A DNA stretch of 64,000 bases from a bacterium (GCA_024231955.1 JAAEPZ010000538.1:766551-830550), one strand, 5' to 3'; counted from the stretch's first letter, positions 9,441-19,102 are shown. The notes: generated by a model not told the origin, from the letters alone. Translations and numbers: made by a program.

Positions 9441-9970
9441 TACTCTCGACAACCATTTCACGCCTCCACCTCTGTTAATGGTTTAACAACTAGAGTGTGT
9501 GCCTGGTCTATGGGCTGTTTGCCATGATGCCGGGGATTCGGCTTCCAGGTTGATTTCGCGAGAATGAAACCCGCTGCGTGAGGAATAGGGATGATGATCC
9601 TGTTTAGGCGTAGTTCACATTTCGGAATTCCACTATCGACTGAAAACAGTCATGACACGGGTTGTTCGCGCGGTTGGGACAGGTTATAGCGAAAGGGGAT
9701 AATCACGTTAAAAATATGCCCTGCAACCCCTTCGGATCTGCTATAATCAACTCCGTGAACAGGTCGTTGTCCCTATTATCAGTACATGCCCCATGACCAG
9801 ATTCATTACCGGACAGGCTCCGGCAGAATCGAATTTCGGAAGCACAAATGGAATGGGCCCCGAAATTTACCTCTCCTCCGTTTGCGGGGGAGAGGTTATT
9901 TGTTGGCCGAAGGTGCGTAACGGAATACTGTGCCGTGATTGGCCGTCGTCGGTTTCCCGAAAGGTGTCGC

Positions 9971-11212
9971 ATGCCGTATTCCGGTAAGGTTCTTCATATT
10001 CTGTCCCAGCGGCCGCTGCTCACAGGTAGCGGCATCACTCTCGACGCTTATGTCCGTTGCGCCCGCGCCTGCGGTTGGCGGCAGGCCGCGGCTGTAGGGG
10101 TACCCGCAGACGAACCGGTTGCCCTGGGCGACCTGGAGCCTGAGCGTATTTTCCCTCTCCGCTTCGAACGGGGGCTCCTCGATTTCCCGGTTCCCGGCAT
10201 GAGCGACATCATGCCCTACCGCAGTACCATCTTCTCCTCGATGAACGAGACCCGACTTCATCAATACCGTCAGGCCTGGATGGATCATCTGCGCAACGTC
10301 CTCGCGGCCTTTCGACCCGATCTGATCCACTCCCATCACATCTGGCTGCTCAGCTCGTTACTAAAGGAGATCGCGCCGGATATCCCCATCGTCACCTCCT
10401 GCCACGCCACAGGTTTGCGGCAGATGGAGTTGTGTCCCGGCCTGGCGGACGAGGTGCGACGCGGATGCGCCCGCAACGATCATTTCATCGTGTTGACCGC
10501 TGAGCACGCCACGGCCCTCATCGATAGCCTGGGCCTGGAGAGCGAGCGGGTGACGGTTCAGCCGCCGGGATATCGTGCGGACCTCTTTCATGATCGAGGC
10601 AGATCGTATCGGAGCGCCGGAAGGCGACTGTGCTACGTGGGGAAATTCAGTGAGGCGAAAGGGCTCTCCTGCCTGTTGACCGCCTGCGAGGTTCTGCAAA
10701 GGGATTTCCCGGATCTGGAGCTGCATGTAGCCGGCGGCGGAGATAGCGATGAGGCGAACGCTCTCGGCAACCGACTGGCGGGCATGAACTCTTTCGCGAC
10801 CCGACATGGCCAGTTGTCGCAAGCGGAGCTGGCCGATCTGATGCGCAAATGCGACCTGCTGGTGCTCCCCTCCTTCTACGAGGGGGTGCCCCTTGTGCTC
10901 GTGGAGGCCCGCGCCGCCGGTTGCCGCGTCGTGGCTACCGATCTGCCGGGGATCCGCTCGGAGCTGTTCCCGGTTCTGGGGGATGAACTCACGCTGATCC
11001 CCCTACCTGAAATGGCGAGTGTGGATCGCCCCGCGGCGGAGGCTATCCCCGATTTCATTCACCGATTGGTTGAGGGGATTGGCGAGGCGCTGGGACGACA
11101 GGCCCCGGTGTTACGCGACTCCTCACTGGCAACGAACCTGCATGGGCACTCCTGGGAGGCGGTGTTCCAGGGTATAGAGAGCACCTGGCTCCGGCTCATC
11201 GGGCGGGGTTGA
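9971..11212 (+). CDS. Glycosyltransferase family 4 (GT-B)
   Basis: PDLIHSHH, YVGKFSEAKG, VLPSFYEGVPLVLVEARAAG motifs. Confidence 0.9.
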   Translation: MPYSGKVLHILSQRPLLTGSGITLDAYVRCARACGWRQAAAVGVPADEPVALGDLEPERIFPLRFERGLLDFPVPGMSDIMPYRSTIFSSMNETRLHQYRQAWMDHLRNVLAAFRPDLIHSHHIWLLSSLLKEIAPDIPIVTSCHATGLRQMELCPGLADEVRRGCARNDHFIVLTAEHATALIDSLGLESERVTVQPPGYRADLFHDRGRSYRSAGRRLCYVGKFSEAKGLSCLLTACEVLQRDFPDLELHVAGGGDSDEANALGNRLAGMNSFATRHGQLSQAELADLMRKCDLLVLPSFYEGVPLVLVEARAAGCRVVATDLPGIRSELFPVLGDELTLIPLPEMASVDRPAAEAIPDFIHRLVEGIGEALGRQAPVLRDSSLATNLHGHSWEAVFQGIESTWLRLIGRG

Positions 11213-11221
11213 CTCAGGCCT

Positions 11222-11605
11222 TCATGATTGTCCGCGACGAATGCGCTCCTTCTCGGCAAGGAACTCCGCCGCTTCCGGTTTGAGCAGAGTGACAAGCCCA
11301 TAGATGCCGACAATTGTGCCGAAGGGGATGCTGAGGAGGTTGAGAATACTAAGCACGACACCTGCGGAGCGCGCCCAGGGGCGCAGGCGGAGCAGACCAA
11401 AGCCGATGATGAGCCCCGGCAGCGACAGGAGCGTGAGAAAACTGCTGATGATCGTGCCGACCGAAGTGGTGACTATCAGCGCTTCCTGATCCCCGGACAA
11501 TAAACCGCCGCCCGTCATGGTGACAAAGATCACCAGGCTGAACAGCAGGCCGAATACGCTGATGACGAGGTAGAGAGCTCCAAGTACTGTCAGGTGTCTT
11601 TCCAT
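11222..11605 (-). CDS. Small integral membrane hypothetical protein
   Basis: 3-4 TM helices; GFGLLRLRPWAR...IPFGTIVGIYGL; RBS AAGGAG. Confidence 0.8.
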   Translation of the reverse strand: MERHLTVLGALYLVISVFGLLFSLVIFVTMTGGGLLSGDQEALIVTTSVGTIISSFLTLLSLPGLIIGFGLLRLRPWARSAGVVLSILNLLSIPFGTIVGIYGLVTLLKPEAAEFLAEKERIRRGQS

Positions 11606-11821
11606 CTTTGTCTCCTTGCTAAGTGCGAACTCCGGCGTCGCTCCTTGGCAGTCGGTCGTTGAGCGCTACTGGTCCTTCACCTGGATAGCGATATCACAAA
11701 GTCCGGTTTCGGTCTACCAAACAGATACCCCGCTAGGGGTGGACGACATCGCGGCACATGGTTATAGTGTCCTGTTCCTCACTATCTCTAACGGATTCTA
11801 ATCAAGCGGCAGGAGAAGTAC

Positions 11822-12805
11822 ATGATCCCCATCGACAAACTTCAGGCGACCGGCGCTTTTCTGTTGGCTCAAGAGCGGGTTCGTCTTCTGCTCCACAAAC
11901 ATCCCGATGGCGATACCCTTGGTTCCAGCCTGGCTCTGGCGCGCTTCCTCAAGCAGAAGGGGATGGATATTGGGGTCTTTGGTCCGTTTCCGCGAGCGGC
12001 AAAGTTCGATTTTTTGCCGGGCTTCGAGGAGGTCGAGTCCGGTGTAGACGAGATCCGCAATCCCGAATATGCCGATACGCTCTACGTGGTTGTCGATAGT
12101 ACGGGGGTGGATCGGACGGGCTTCGAGGAGGGGGACTTCAAACGGCTGTTGCGCCTCGATCATCATATCGGGGGCAGTCGGTATAGCGAGTACGATCTGG
12201 TGGATACCTCCGCCGGAGCGGCGGCTCTGATTATCAGCGATCTCCTCCATGCCCTGGACAAGGATGGCATAGACGCCGGCACCGCCACCTGCCTCTACAC
12301 CGGTCTGATGACCGATACCGGCGGTTTCCGCTACACCAATACCAACAGCCATGTATTCCACTCCGTGGCTCGTCTGGTCGACCAGGGGGCGAGCCCGGCT
12401 GAGGTCGCCACGATGGTCTATGACCGTCGGAATCCCTCCTATCTGCTGCTGCTCAAGCGGGCGCTGGAATCAATCGAGTTCCATGCCGAAGGCCGCCTGG
12501 CCATGTTGACGCTCACCGCCGCGGGTCTTCCCGAGGAGGCGTTGCTCTATTTTGGGGAGGATGATTTCATCAACCTGCCGCGCGGCCTTGCCCAGGTGGA
12601 GGTTGTCGTCCAGATGAAGCTGGTCCCCGGTGAAAACTGGAAAGTCGGCTTCCGGGCCAAAGGCAAGGTCAATGTGCAGGAGATCGCCACCCATTTCGGT
12701 GGTGGAGGACACTTCTCGGCAGCAGGTTGCGAGATCGATGGCGAGTTGGAGGAGGTTCGACACCGTGTGCTGACGCGGGTCCTTGAGGCTATCTCAGCAT
12801 CTTGA
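11822..12805 (+). CDS. nrnA: DHH/DHHA1 oligoribonuclease / pAp phosphatase (NrnA family)
   Basis: HKHPDGD, LDHH, GLMTDTGGF, GGGGHFSAAG motifs. Confidence 0.9.
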   Translation: MIPIDKLQATGAFLLAQERVRLLLHKHPDGDTLGSSLALARFLKQKGMDIGVFGPFPRAAKFDFLPGFEEVESGVDEIRNPEYADTLYVVVDSTGVDRTGFEEGDFKRLLRLDHHIGGSRYSEYDLVDTSAGAAALIISDLLHALDKDGIDAGTATCLYTGLMTDTGGFRYTNTNSHVFHSVARLVDQGASPAEVATMVYDRRNPSYLLLLKRALESIEFHAEGRLAMLTLTAAGLPEEALLYFGEDDFINLPRGLAQVEVVVQMKLVPGENWKVGFRAKGKVNVQEIATHFGGGGHFSAAGCEIDGELEEVRHRVLTRVLEAISAS

Positions 12806-12941
12806 TCCCGGCCGGTTGCCTGCAGGCTATCTCCTTTATGGATTCGGATAGTGATCTATTGCTCCATATTGTCGTCAATCGTTGACACTGTGGTGCCGAT
12901 AAGTTACAATCTGGAGACCATGTCTACAGGAGAGTACCTCA

Positions 12942-14708
12942 GTGTCTAAGGATTCGGGAAACGACAAGCCGACATTGCCCAAACGATCACCGGCTCTCGA
13001 GAAGCTGCTGGGGCGTTCCGTCGATTCCTCGCCAAAAACAGCCACATCCGGCGGCGCCGCCGCCACACCAGCCCCAATTACCGAGACCAATGCCGCTCCC
13101 AAACCCGGACAATCCGCTTCCGGCAGCAGTGTCTGGGAGCTTGAGACTCTCCGCAATCGCCTGAAGGAGACTCAGGAGGAGATCGCTCGGCTCCGCATTA
13201 TTGATGACTCTCATAGCCGTTTGCTCACCCTTCTCGAGGCGAACGCCGATTTTCTGGTCTCGGCGGATCCCGCCAGGCTTCCGGATCGGATTCTCCAGAT
13301 CGGGCTGGACCTGGTCGGCGCGGAGCGCGCCGCGTTCTTCCGCATCAGCAAGGAGGGGGCGCTGAATCTGGGACAGGTGCGACCTGAAGGTGCAACTTTC
13401 AGCTCGATCAGCCACTCGGTCGTACGGGACGCGCTTCTGGGGAAACGGACGATCGTTCATCAGGGACAGTCCGCCCAGGTGGGTGCCGAGCGGCAGAGCA
13501 TTATTGACCTGGATCTGGAAACAGTAGTCGCTACGCCACTTATGACTGCCGAACGTCAACTGGGTATCCTTTATCTGGACGGTTCGCGCGTTGGTGCTTT
13601 TACCGCCGCCGATGTTCCTGTGCTTGAGATCTTCACCCGTCTCGCAGCTGCGGCAATGGTTCGCCTCGAGGAGTTGCAGGAGGTGCGTGAGGAGAAGAGT
13701 GAGCTCAAACAGGAGAACATGGAGCTGAAAAGCGCCCTGAGTGACCGCACCCGTTTCGGTAATATTCTGGCGGCGAGTGCCGGCATGAAGAACGTGATCG
13801 AGCAGCTCAGACGGATGTGCCGCTATCGCTCCACCGTGCGGATATTCGGGGAGACCGGTACGGGTAAGGAGTTGATTGCCAGGGCTCTGCACAACGAAAG
13901 CGCCTGGGCGCGGCGGCCATTCGTTACCATCAACTGTGGTGCAATCCCTGAAGCGCTGCTTGAGTCCGAGCTGTTTGGACACGAGAAGGGCGCCTTTACC
14001 GGTGCCGATACGGCCAAGGCCGGGCTCTTCGAGCAGGCCGACGGCGGAAGCCTGTTTCTGGATGAGATCGGTGATATGCCCGCCATGTTGCAGGTCAAAC
14101 TGCTTCGGGTCTTGGAGAATGGCGAGGTGCGCCGCGTCGGGGGGAATCGGGTGAGTCGTGTCGATGTGAGGGTTATCGCTGCATCGCACCGCAACCTGGA
14201 GGAGAGGGTTCGGGATGGGGAGTTCCGGGAGGATCTGTTCTATCGACTCAATGTCCTCACCGTCAGTCTGCCGCCGTTGCGGGAGCGTCCCGAGGATGTT
14301 GAGCTTCTTGCCGAGTATTTTCTGAAGAGATACGGGGAGAAGATGGGTCAGGACTGCCGCGGCTTCACACCGGCGGCGATCGGACGTTTGCAATCGGAGA
14401 CCTGGCCCGGCAACGTGAGGCAGCTCGAGAAGTGCGTTGAGAGGAGCCTGGCTCACTGGGAGGGGCGACGGATCATGGAGGAGCACCAACTGATGCTCGA
14501 CGCAGGCCCCCTCACCGATCGACCGGATCTGCAGGCGACCCAGTCAAGTCCGGATGAGAGTCTGAAGCAGTTCGTGACCAGGATGGAGAAAGACAAGATC
14601 GGTCAGGCGCTGAAACAGGCGAAGGGCCGTAAAACCACTGCCGCAGCCAGACTTGGCATCTCCCGGCAGTACCTACATCGCAAGATCAAGGATCTGGAGC
14701 TCGAATAG
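12942..14708 (+). CDS. Sigma54-dependent enhancer-binding protein (coiled coil-GAF-AAA+-HTH)
   Basis: GETGTGKE, ESELFGHEKGAFTGA, FLDEIG, FREDLFYRLNV, WPGNVRQL, Fis-type HTH (AARLGISRQYLHRKI); GAF (GILYLD). Confidence 0.95.
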   Translation: MSKDSGNDKPTLPKRSPALEKLLGRSVDSSPKTATSGGAAATPAPITETNAAPKPGQSASGSSVWELETLRNRLKETQEEIARLRIIDDSHSRLLTLLEANADFLVSADPARLPDRILQIGLDLVGAERAAFFRISKEGALNLGQVRPEGATFSSISHSVVRDALLGKRTIVHQGQSAQVGAERQSIIDLDLETVVATPLMTAERQLGILYLDGSRVGAFTAADVPVLEIFTRLAAAAMVRLEELQEVREEKSELKQENMELKSALSDRTRFGNILAASAGMKNVIEQLRRMCRYRSTVRIFGETGTGKELIARALHNESAWARRPFVTINCGAIPEALLESELFGHEKGAFTGADTAKAGLFEQADGGSLFLDEIGDMPAMLQVKLLRVLENGEVRRVGGNRVSRVDVRVIAASHRNLEERVRDGEFREDLFYRLNVLTVSLPPLRERPEDVELLAEYFLKRYGEKMGQDCRGFTPAAIGRLQSETWPGNVRQLEKCVERSLAHWEGRRIMEEHQLMLDAGPLTDRPDLQATQSSPDESLKQFVTRMEKDKIGQALKQAKGRKTTAAARLGISRQYLHRKIKDLELE

Positions 14709-14715
14709 AGTGAAA

Positions 14716-14735
14716 TCGTAAACATGTGTTTACGA
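14716..14735. promoter_or_regulatory. Palindromic candidate upstream activator sequence
   Basis: TCGTAAACA-tg-TGTTTACGA, a perfect 9-bp inverted repeat about 200 bp upstream of the sigma54 promoter. Confidence 0.6.
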
Positions 14736-14928
14736 AGTGTCGCCGATTTGATGCCTCCCTAACTCTCTGTAATATATGTCGATATGGTTGACGTTGTTTT
14801 TGTGTCGCCTGTAGTTTCCATACTCAGGTTGGAAGTAACTCGCTCCCGACAATTCCTGAAAATCATAACTCCCAGTAAATAAACATGATAGCCCCTGAAG
14901 GCGCTATGAGGAAGTCCGCTCCGTGATA

Positions 14929-14945
14929 ACGGCATCCGGGTTGCT
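14929..14945 (+). promoter_or_regulatory. Sigma54 -24/-12 promoter
   Basis: acGGCAtccgggTTGCT matches the TGGCAC-N5-TTGCW consensus with exact GG-N10-GC spacing; about 52 nt upstream of the first peptide ATG. Confidence 0.8.
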
Positions 14946-14996
14946 ATAAGGCCAGTGTCAGCTCACTACAAAATAACGGAAATCGGGAGGTTTCAA

Positions 14997-15074
14997 ATGT
15001 TGATCTTCAGTCTGTTCGCCAGCGCTTCCGTCTTCACAGCTTTCCTGACCAAGACCTGGTGGGACATTTCCTAA
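14997..15074 (+). CDS. 25-aa hydrophobic peptide, copy 1: MLIFSLFASASVFTAFLTKTWWDIS
   Basis: RBS GGAGG; paralogous to copies 2 and 3 with mostly synonymous differences. Confidence 0.8.
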   Translation: MLIFSLFASASVFTAFLTKTWWDIS

Positions 15075-15128
15075 GCACAGTTAACGTGGGCTGCGGCCCG
15101 GTACCCGAGTAAAACAGGAGAAGTTAAA

Positions 15129-15206
15129 ATGTTGATTTTCAGTCTGTTCGCAACCGCTTCGATCTTCACAGCTTTCTTGACCAAGACCTGGTGGAACATC
15201 GGTTAG
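15129..15206 (+). CDS. 25-aa hydrophobic peptide, copy 2: MLIFSLFATASIFTAFLTKTWWNIG
   Basis: RBS AGGAG; same length and frame, TAG stop. Confidence 0.8.
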   Translation: MLIFSLFATASIFTAFLTKTWWNIG

Positions 15207-15266
15207 ATGACTGTATGGCGGGCCTGAGGGCCCGCAATACTTGACCACATCATTAGGAGGTTTCTC

Positions 15267-15344
15267 ATGTTGATTTTCAGTCTGTTCGCAACCGCTTCGA
15301 TCTTCACAGCTTTCCTGACCAAAACCTGGTGGGATCACAGCTAA
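15267..15344 (+). CDS. 25-aa hydrophobic peptide, copy 3: MLIFSLFATASIFTAFLTKTWWDHS
   Basis: RBS AGGAGG; same length and frame, TAA stop. Confidence 0.8.
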   Translation: MLIFSLFATASIFTAFLTKTWWDHS

Positions 15345-15399
15345 GGAAGTTTACGCGGCTGAAGCCGCGGTCCCGGTAGGGATTACCCGCAAGTGTGCG

Positions 15400-15438
15400 A
15401 TGTTGATTTCGGTTCGCCATACCAGCTTTGCATGAACT
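15400..15438 (+). pseudogene. Possible decayed fourth peptide copy
   Basis: ATGTTGATTT..GTTCGC..CAGCTTT at the expected ~133-nt period; no RBS, frameshifted. Confidence 0.4.
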
Positions 15439-15595
15439 GTCTGAAAAATAACCCAGTGGTATGGTGCCCAGATAGATGGAATTCGCTTCATCAAATCCAT
15501 TTGATTCGAGGAGGCGAAGACGGGTTGGGAAGGAGCCCGACCTCGTCCGGCGAAAGCCGGGAATCTGAAATGTAGAGGCTCGTGATGATGGAGAA

Positions 15596-15626
15596 CCGGC
15601 CTTTCCTTGTTGCAGGGAAAGGTCGG
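15596..15626. terminator. Stem-loop downstream of the peptide array
   Basis: CCGGCCTTTCCTTG-ttg-CAGGGAAAGGTCGG with G-U pairs, followed by T-rich sequence. Confidence 0.45.
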
Positions 15627-15630
15627 GCTC

Positions 15631-15686
15631 TTGTGTTGCTGTATTTGTGACTTGAAACTTGTGTTGCTGTATTTGTGACTTGAAAC
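15631..15686. repeat. Perfect 28-bp tandem duplication
   Basis: TTGTGTTGCTGTATTTGTGACTTGAAAC x2 with no spacer. Confidence 0.95.
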
Positions 15687-16035
15687 AATGGAGGGGGCGG
15701 TATGGATGCAATACGGAGAATCAAGGGCTCTGGTTTGCTGATGTTCATGCTCAGCCTCCTTGATTTGCTCACCACGGCGCCGGGCAAGACTCGGTGGTGT
15801 GATGAGTGATACCGAGTAACCGGGTCTCCCATCCCCTGGTTGCGAGGGGAGGGGCTGCACCTTTTGGTGTGGCCCCTCTTTAATTTCGGCCAATGTTTGT
15901 GAAAAAAATAACGATACTGGTGAATATCTCTTTTCATAACCTAAAGTGAATATATCGCTTGCAAAATAATGCTAAGAGTGATTATTCTCCCCTCCGCCCC
16001 GAGATTGTGGGCATTCTCCCAGGTGGATTTGTCTG

Positions 16036-16344
16036 ATGAGCTTTCTGTTTAGTATCGCCAAAAGGACCAGGCGTCAGATCAGGAAACAGTCCGGACGAGG
16101 TACTGGCGTACTGTCGCTGAGTCATCTCGGTGTCACCTTTGCTGCTTCAATTGCTCTCTACACTCTGGCTGGACTGTGGCTCGACAAGAAACTGGGTGTA
16201 TTGCCGCTGTTTACTTTGTTGGGTGCGGCGGTCGGTACGGTCGGTGGCTTTCTCTGGCTTTATCGCGAAGTTCTCAGAGCGGAAGAGCGGAATATCGAGG
16301 GAAGTGACGACAACGAGGTGGGTGAGGAGCAGGTGGAGAGTTGA
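16036..16344 (+). CDS. AtpZ/AtpI-family small membrane protein
   Basis: GLWLDKKLG..PLFTLLG motif; first gene of the atp operon. Confidence 0.8.
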   Translation: MSFLFSIAKRTRRQIRKQSGRGTGVLSLSHLGVTFAASIALYTLAGLWLDKKLGVLPLFTLLGAAVGTVGGFLWLYREVLRAEERNIEGSDDNEVGEEQVES

Positions 16345-16760
16345 GATCACTTCAGGTTCGTTTCCTTAATGCAATATTGGCACTTGCTTTGCTGTCAGCG
16401 CTAACGGTTGCATTTGTTCAGTCATTTCTGCCGAGTGTGAAGCTGTGGGGCAGTTGGGCAGGCATCGGTGTTGCTGTAGCAAGTGTGGCAGTCAGTTTCT
16501 ATCAACTGAAACGCTCGCTATCCGCCGCTCACCTGGTGTTCTTCAGAGCCTTTGTTTTCAGCATGGCGTTGAGAGTGTTGATGATCGCTACGGCCAGTTT
16601 GCTGGTTTGGCAGACGACGAATTGGGATCTCAGACAGTACTTGATCCTTTTGGGTTTGACTTATCCGCTCTTCCTCATGATTGAGGCGTACTTTCTGTGG
16701 CGGATGCTTGGCGTGTCGGCGGGTGAAAATCCCACCCGGTGCGCGGAAAATAAGGAGTGA
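16341..16760 (+). CDS. ATP synthase protein I-like membrane protein
   Basis: 4 TM helices; between atpZ and atpB with overlapping stop/start codons. Confidence 0.65.
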   Translation: MRSLQVRFLNAILALALLSALTVAFVQSFLPSVKLWGSWAGIGVAVASVAVSFYQLKRSLSAAHLVFFRAFVFSMALRVLMIATASLLVWQTTNWDLRQYLILLGLTYPLFLMIEAYFLWRMLGVSAGENPTRCAENKE

Positions 16761-17671
16761 GGTTCTTGTTTCCAGCGAGCGCTTTGGCCAATGAGCACGG
16801 ACATGAGGCTGTTCAGGATTCTCTGCACGCAGCATCGACGCATGCCGTCGAAAGCGCCGAATCCCTGGATCCCATGGGGCACATCCTTAACAGCGATTTC
16901 TGGGAGATCACACATTCGCTGAGATTCAACATCAGCGAGTTGATCCCCATTCCGACCTTTCACATCGGATCACTCGAAGTGAACCTCGCACCCTCGCTGC
17001 ATGTCATCATGCTCTGGTTGGCGGGGCTGTTGCTCTTCCTGCTGCTGCGCAAAGCCGCGAGCGCGGAGGAGAACATGGTGCCCAAAGGGCGGCTGCGCAA
17101 TTTCTTCGAGGCGATCATCCTCTTTGTGCGGGACGAAGTCGTCTACAATACGATGGGCGAGAAGACCGGCCGACGTTTCCTCCCCTATCTGCTCACGGTT
17201 TTCTTCTTTATCCTCTTCATCAACTTGCTGGGGTTGATCCCGACCATGGCCACCGCCACGGGCAACATCAACGTCACCGCCACTTTGGCAATACTGACGT
17301 TCATGGTCACCCAGGGCAGCGGCATCAAGCAGAACGGTTTCTTCCAGCACTGGAGGAATCTCGTTCCGCCGGGCGTCCCCTGGCCGTTGATGATCATCAT
17401 GATCCCCATCGAGATCATGGGGATGTTGACCAAGCCCTTCTCGCTGACCATGCGACTTTTCGCCAACATGATCGCGGGCCATATCATCATCCTGTCCTTT
17501 TTCGGACTGATCTTCGGCATGTCGCTGAAGCTGTGCGCCCTGGCGGCGCTGCCCTTTGCCGGCGCCGTCGCCATCAGCGCTTTTGAGATTTTTGTCGGCT
17601 TTCTGCAAGCCTTCATTTTCACGTTCTTGTCGACGATTTTCATAAATCAGGCGGTCCATCCGGAACATTAA
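16757..17671 (+). CDS. atpB: ATP synthase F0 subunit a
   Basis: NLLGLIP, TGNINVT, KPFSLTMRLFANMIAGH, LQAFIF. Confidence 0.97.
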   Translation: MRFLFPASALANEHGHEAVQDSLHAASTHAVESAESLDPMGHILNSDFWEITHSLRFNISELIPIPTFHIGSLEVNLAPSLHVIMLWLAGLLLFLLLRKAASAEENMVPKGRLRNFFEAIILFVRDEVVYNTMGEKTGRRFLPYLLTVFFFILFINLLGLIPTMATATGNINVTATLAILTFMVTQGSGIKQNGFFQHWRNLVPPGVPWPLMIIMIPIEIMGMLTKPFSLTMRLFANMIAGHIIILSFFGLIFGMSLKLCALAALPFAGAVAISAFEIFVGFLQAFIFTFLSTIFINQAVHPEH

Positions 17672-17968
<297 letters not shown>

Positions 17969-17983
17969 AAGAGGGGTTGAGCA

Positions 17984-18550
17984 ATGGGTGACCTGTTCTT
18001 ATCAGGGCTTCCTCTACTTCTCAACGCCGCCGACGGCGCGGGACACGGGCGCAAGTTCGACTTGCTGGCCGTGGATCCCGGCCTGATCTTCTGGACGGTT
18101 CTGACCTTCGTGTGTCTGCTCCTCCTGCTGCGCAAAACCGCATGGGGACCGATCATCGAGGGACTCGACCGTCGCGAGGAGAGTATCCGCAACTCCATCA
18201 ACGAGGCGGAGAGAGCCAACGAGGAGGGCAAGAAGCTGCTCGAGCAGCAGCAAGCCGAGTTGGCCACTGCCCGCCAGGAGGCGCAGAAGATCATCGAGAA
18301 GGGTACGGTTGCCGCCAAGGCCATGCGGGATGACATCATCGCGAAGGCCCAGTCGGAAGCCGGGGACCTGCTCGAAGCGGCCCGTCATGAGATCCAGTTG
18401 GAAACCGGGAAAGCACGCGACGCGCTCCGCAAGGATATCGTTGGGCTCAGTCTCGATATCGCGGGCAAGGTGCTCGAACGTTCTCTCGATGACTCCGATC
18501 ACGAACGCCTCGCAAAGGAGTTCATGGCACAGGCGGACAGGATCCAATGA
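17984..18550 (+). CDS. atpF: ATP synthase F0 subunit b
   Basis: PGLIFWTVLTF...AWGPI...R coiled coil. Confidence 0.95.
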   Translation: MGDLFLSGLPLLLNAADGAGHGRKFDLLAVDPGLIFWTVLTFVCLLLLLRKTAWGPIIEGLDRREESIRNSINEAERANEEGKKLLEQQQAELATARQEAQKIIEKGTVAAKAMRDDIIAKAQSEAGDLLEAARHEIQLETGKARDALRKDIVGLSLDIAGKVLERSLDDSDHERLAKEFMAQADRIQ

Positions 18551-19101
18551 GGAATGCGGCAATAGCCAGAGTCTACGCCACCGCCCTGCTTGAGCTGGGC
18601 GGGGAACGGAATCAACTTGAGGAGTTGACTCGCGATCTCGATGCTCTCCGCGAGATTGCGGGCGAGGATATTGGCTTTGTGAAAATGCTGGAATCGCCTG
18701 AGCTCGGATTCGACCAGAAACGGCGAATCCTGGAGAAGGTGGTCGCTTCGGCGGAGACTGAGCTCACGCTCCGTTTCCTGTTGCTGCTTGTGCGCAAGCA
18801 TCGTGAAGCGGCTCTGTACTCGATCATCGAAATGTTCCACCAGCTGCGTGATGAAAAGGAGGGACGTCTTCGTGGACGTCTCCGCGCGGCCCGTGGACTT
18901 GAATCCGCTCGGGTCGCGGAGCTGGAGGCTGCGCTCAGTCGCTCCTCCAAAGCCACCGTGCTGCTGGACGTGGAACAGGATGAAGAACTAATGGCCGGGA
19001 TGGTGCTCCACCTGGCTGATCTGACGGTGGACGGCAGCCTGAAGATGCGCCTGTCGCGCATGAAGGACCGCTTGCTGTCGGCTGAAATGGGAAAGGAATG
19101 A
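18547..19101 (+). CDS. atpH: ATP synthase F1 subunit delta
   Basis: [10 protein letters not shown]-terminus; VDGSL C-terminus; operon position. Confidence 0.93.
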   Translation: MRNAAIARVYATALLELGGERNQLEELTRDLDALREIAGEDIGFVKMLESPELGFDQKRRILEKVVASAETELTLRFLLLLVRKHREAALYSIIEMFHQLRDEKEGRLRGRLRAARGLESARVAELEAALSRSSKATVLLDVEQDEELMAGMVLHLADLTVDGSLKMRLSRMKDRLLSAEMGKE

Positions 19102-19102
19102 G

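Noticed and set aside
9441..9970. Small ORFs in the 530-nt gap after the kinase gene
   Set aside because: No convincing RBS, signal or repeat support
14990..15345. Three long direct repeats with unique spacers read as a CRISPR array
   Set aside because: Repeats are about 70 nt, carry RBS, ATG and stop with codon-position-biased changes, and no cas genes are present
15631..15686. 28-bp repeat ending TTGAAAC as a CRISPR repeat
   Set aside because: Only two copies with no spacer
15081..15937. Minus-strand ORFs of 85-180 aa over the peptide array
   Set aside because: Antisense shadows of the repeats; no RBS or recognisable domain
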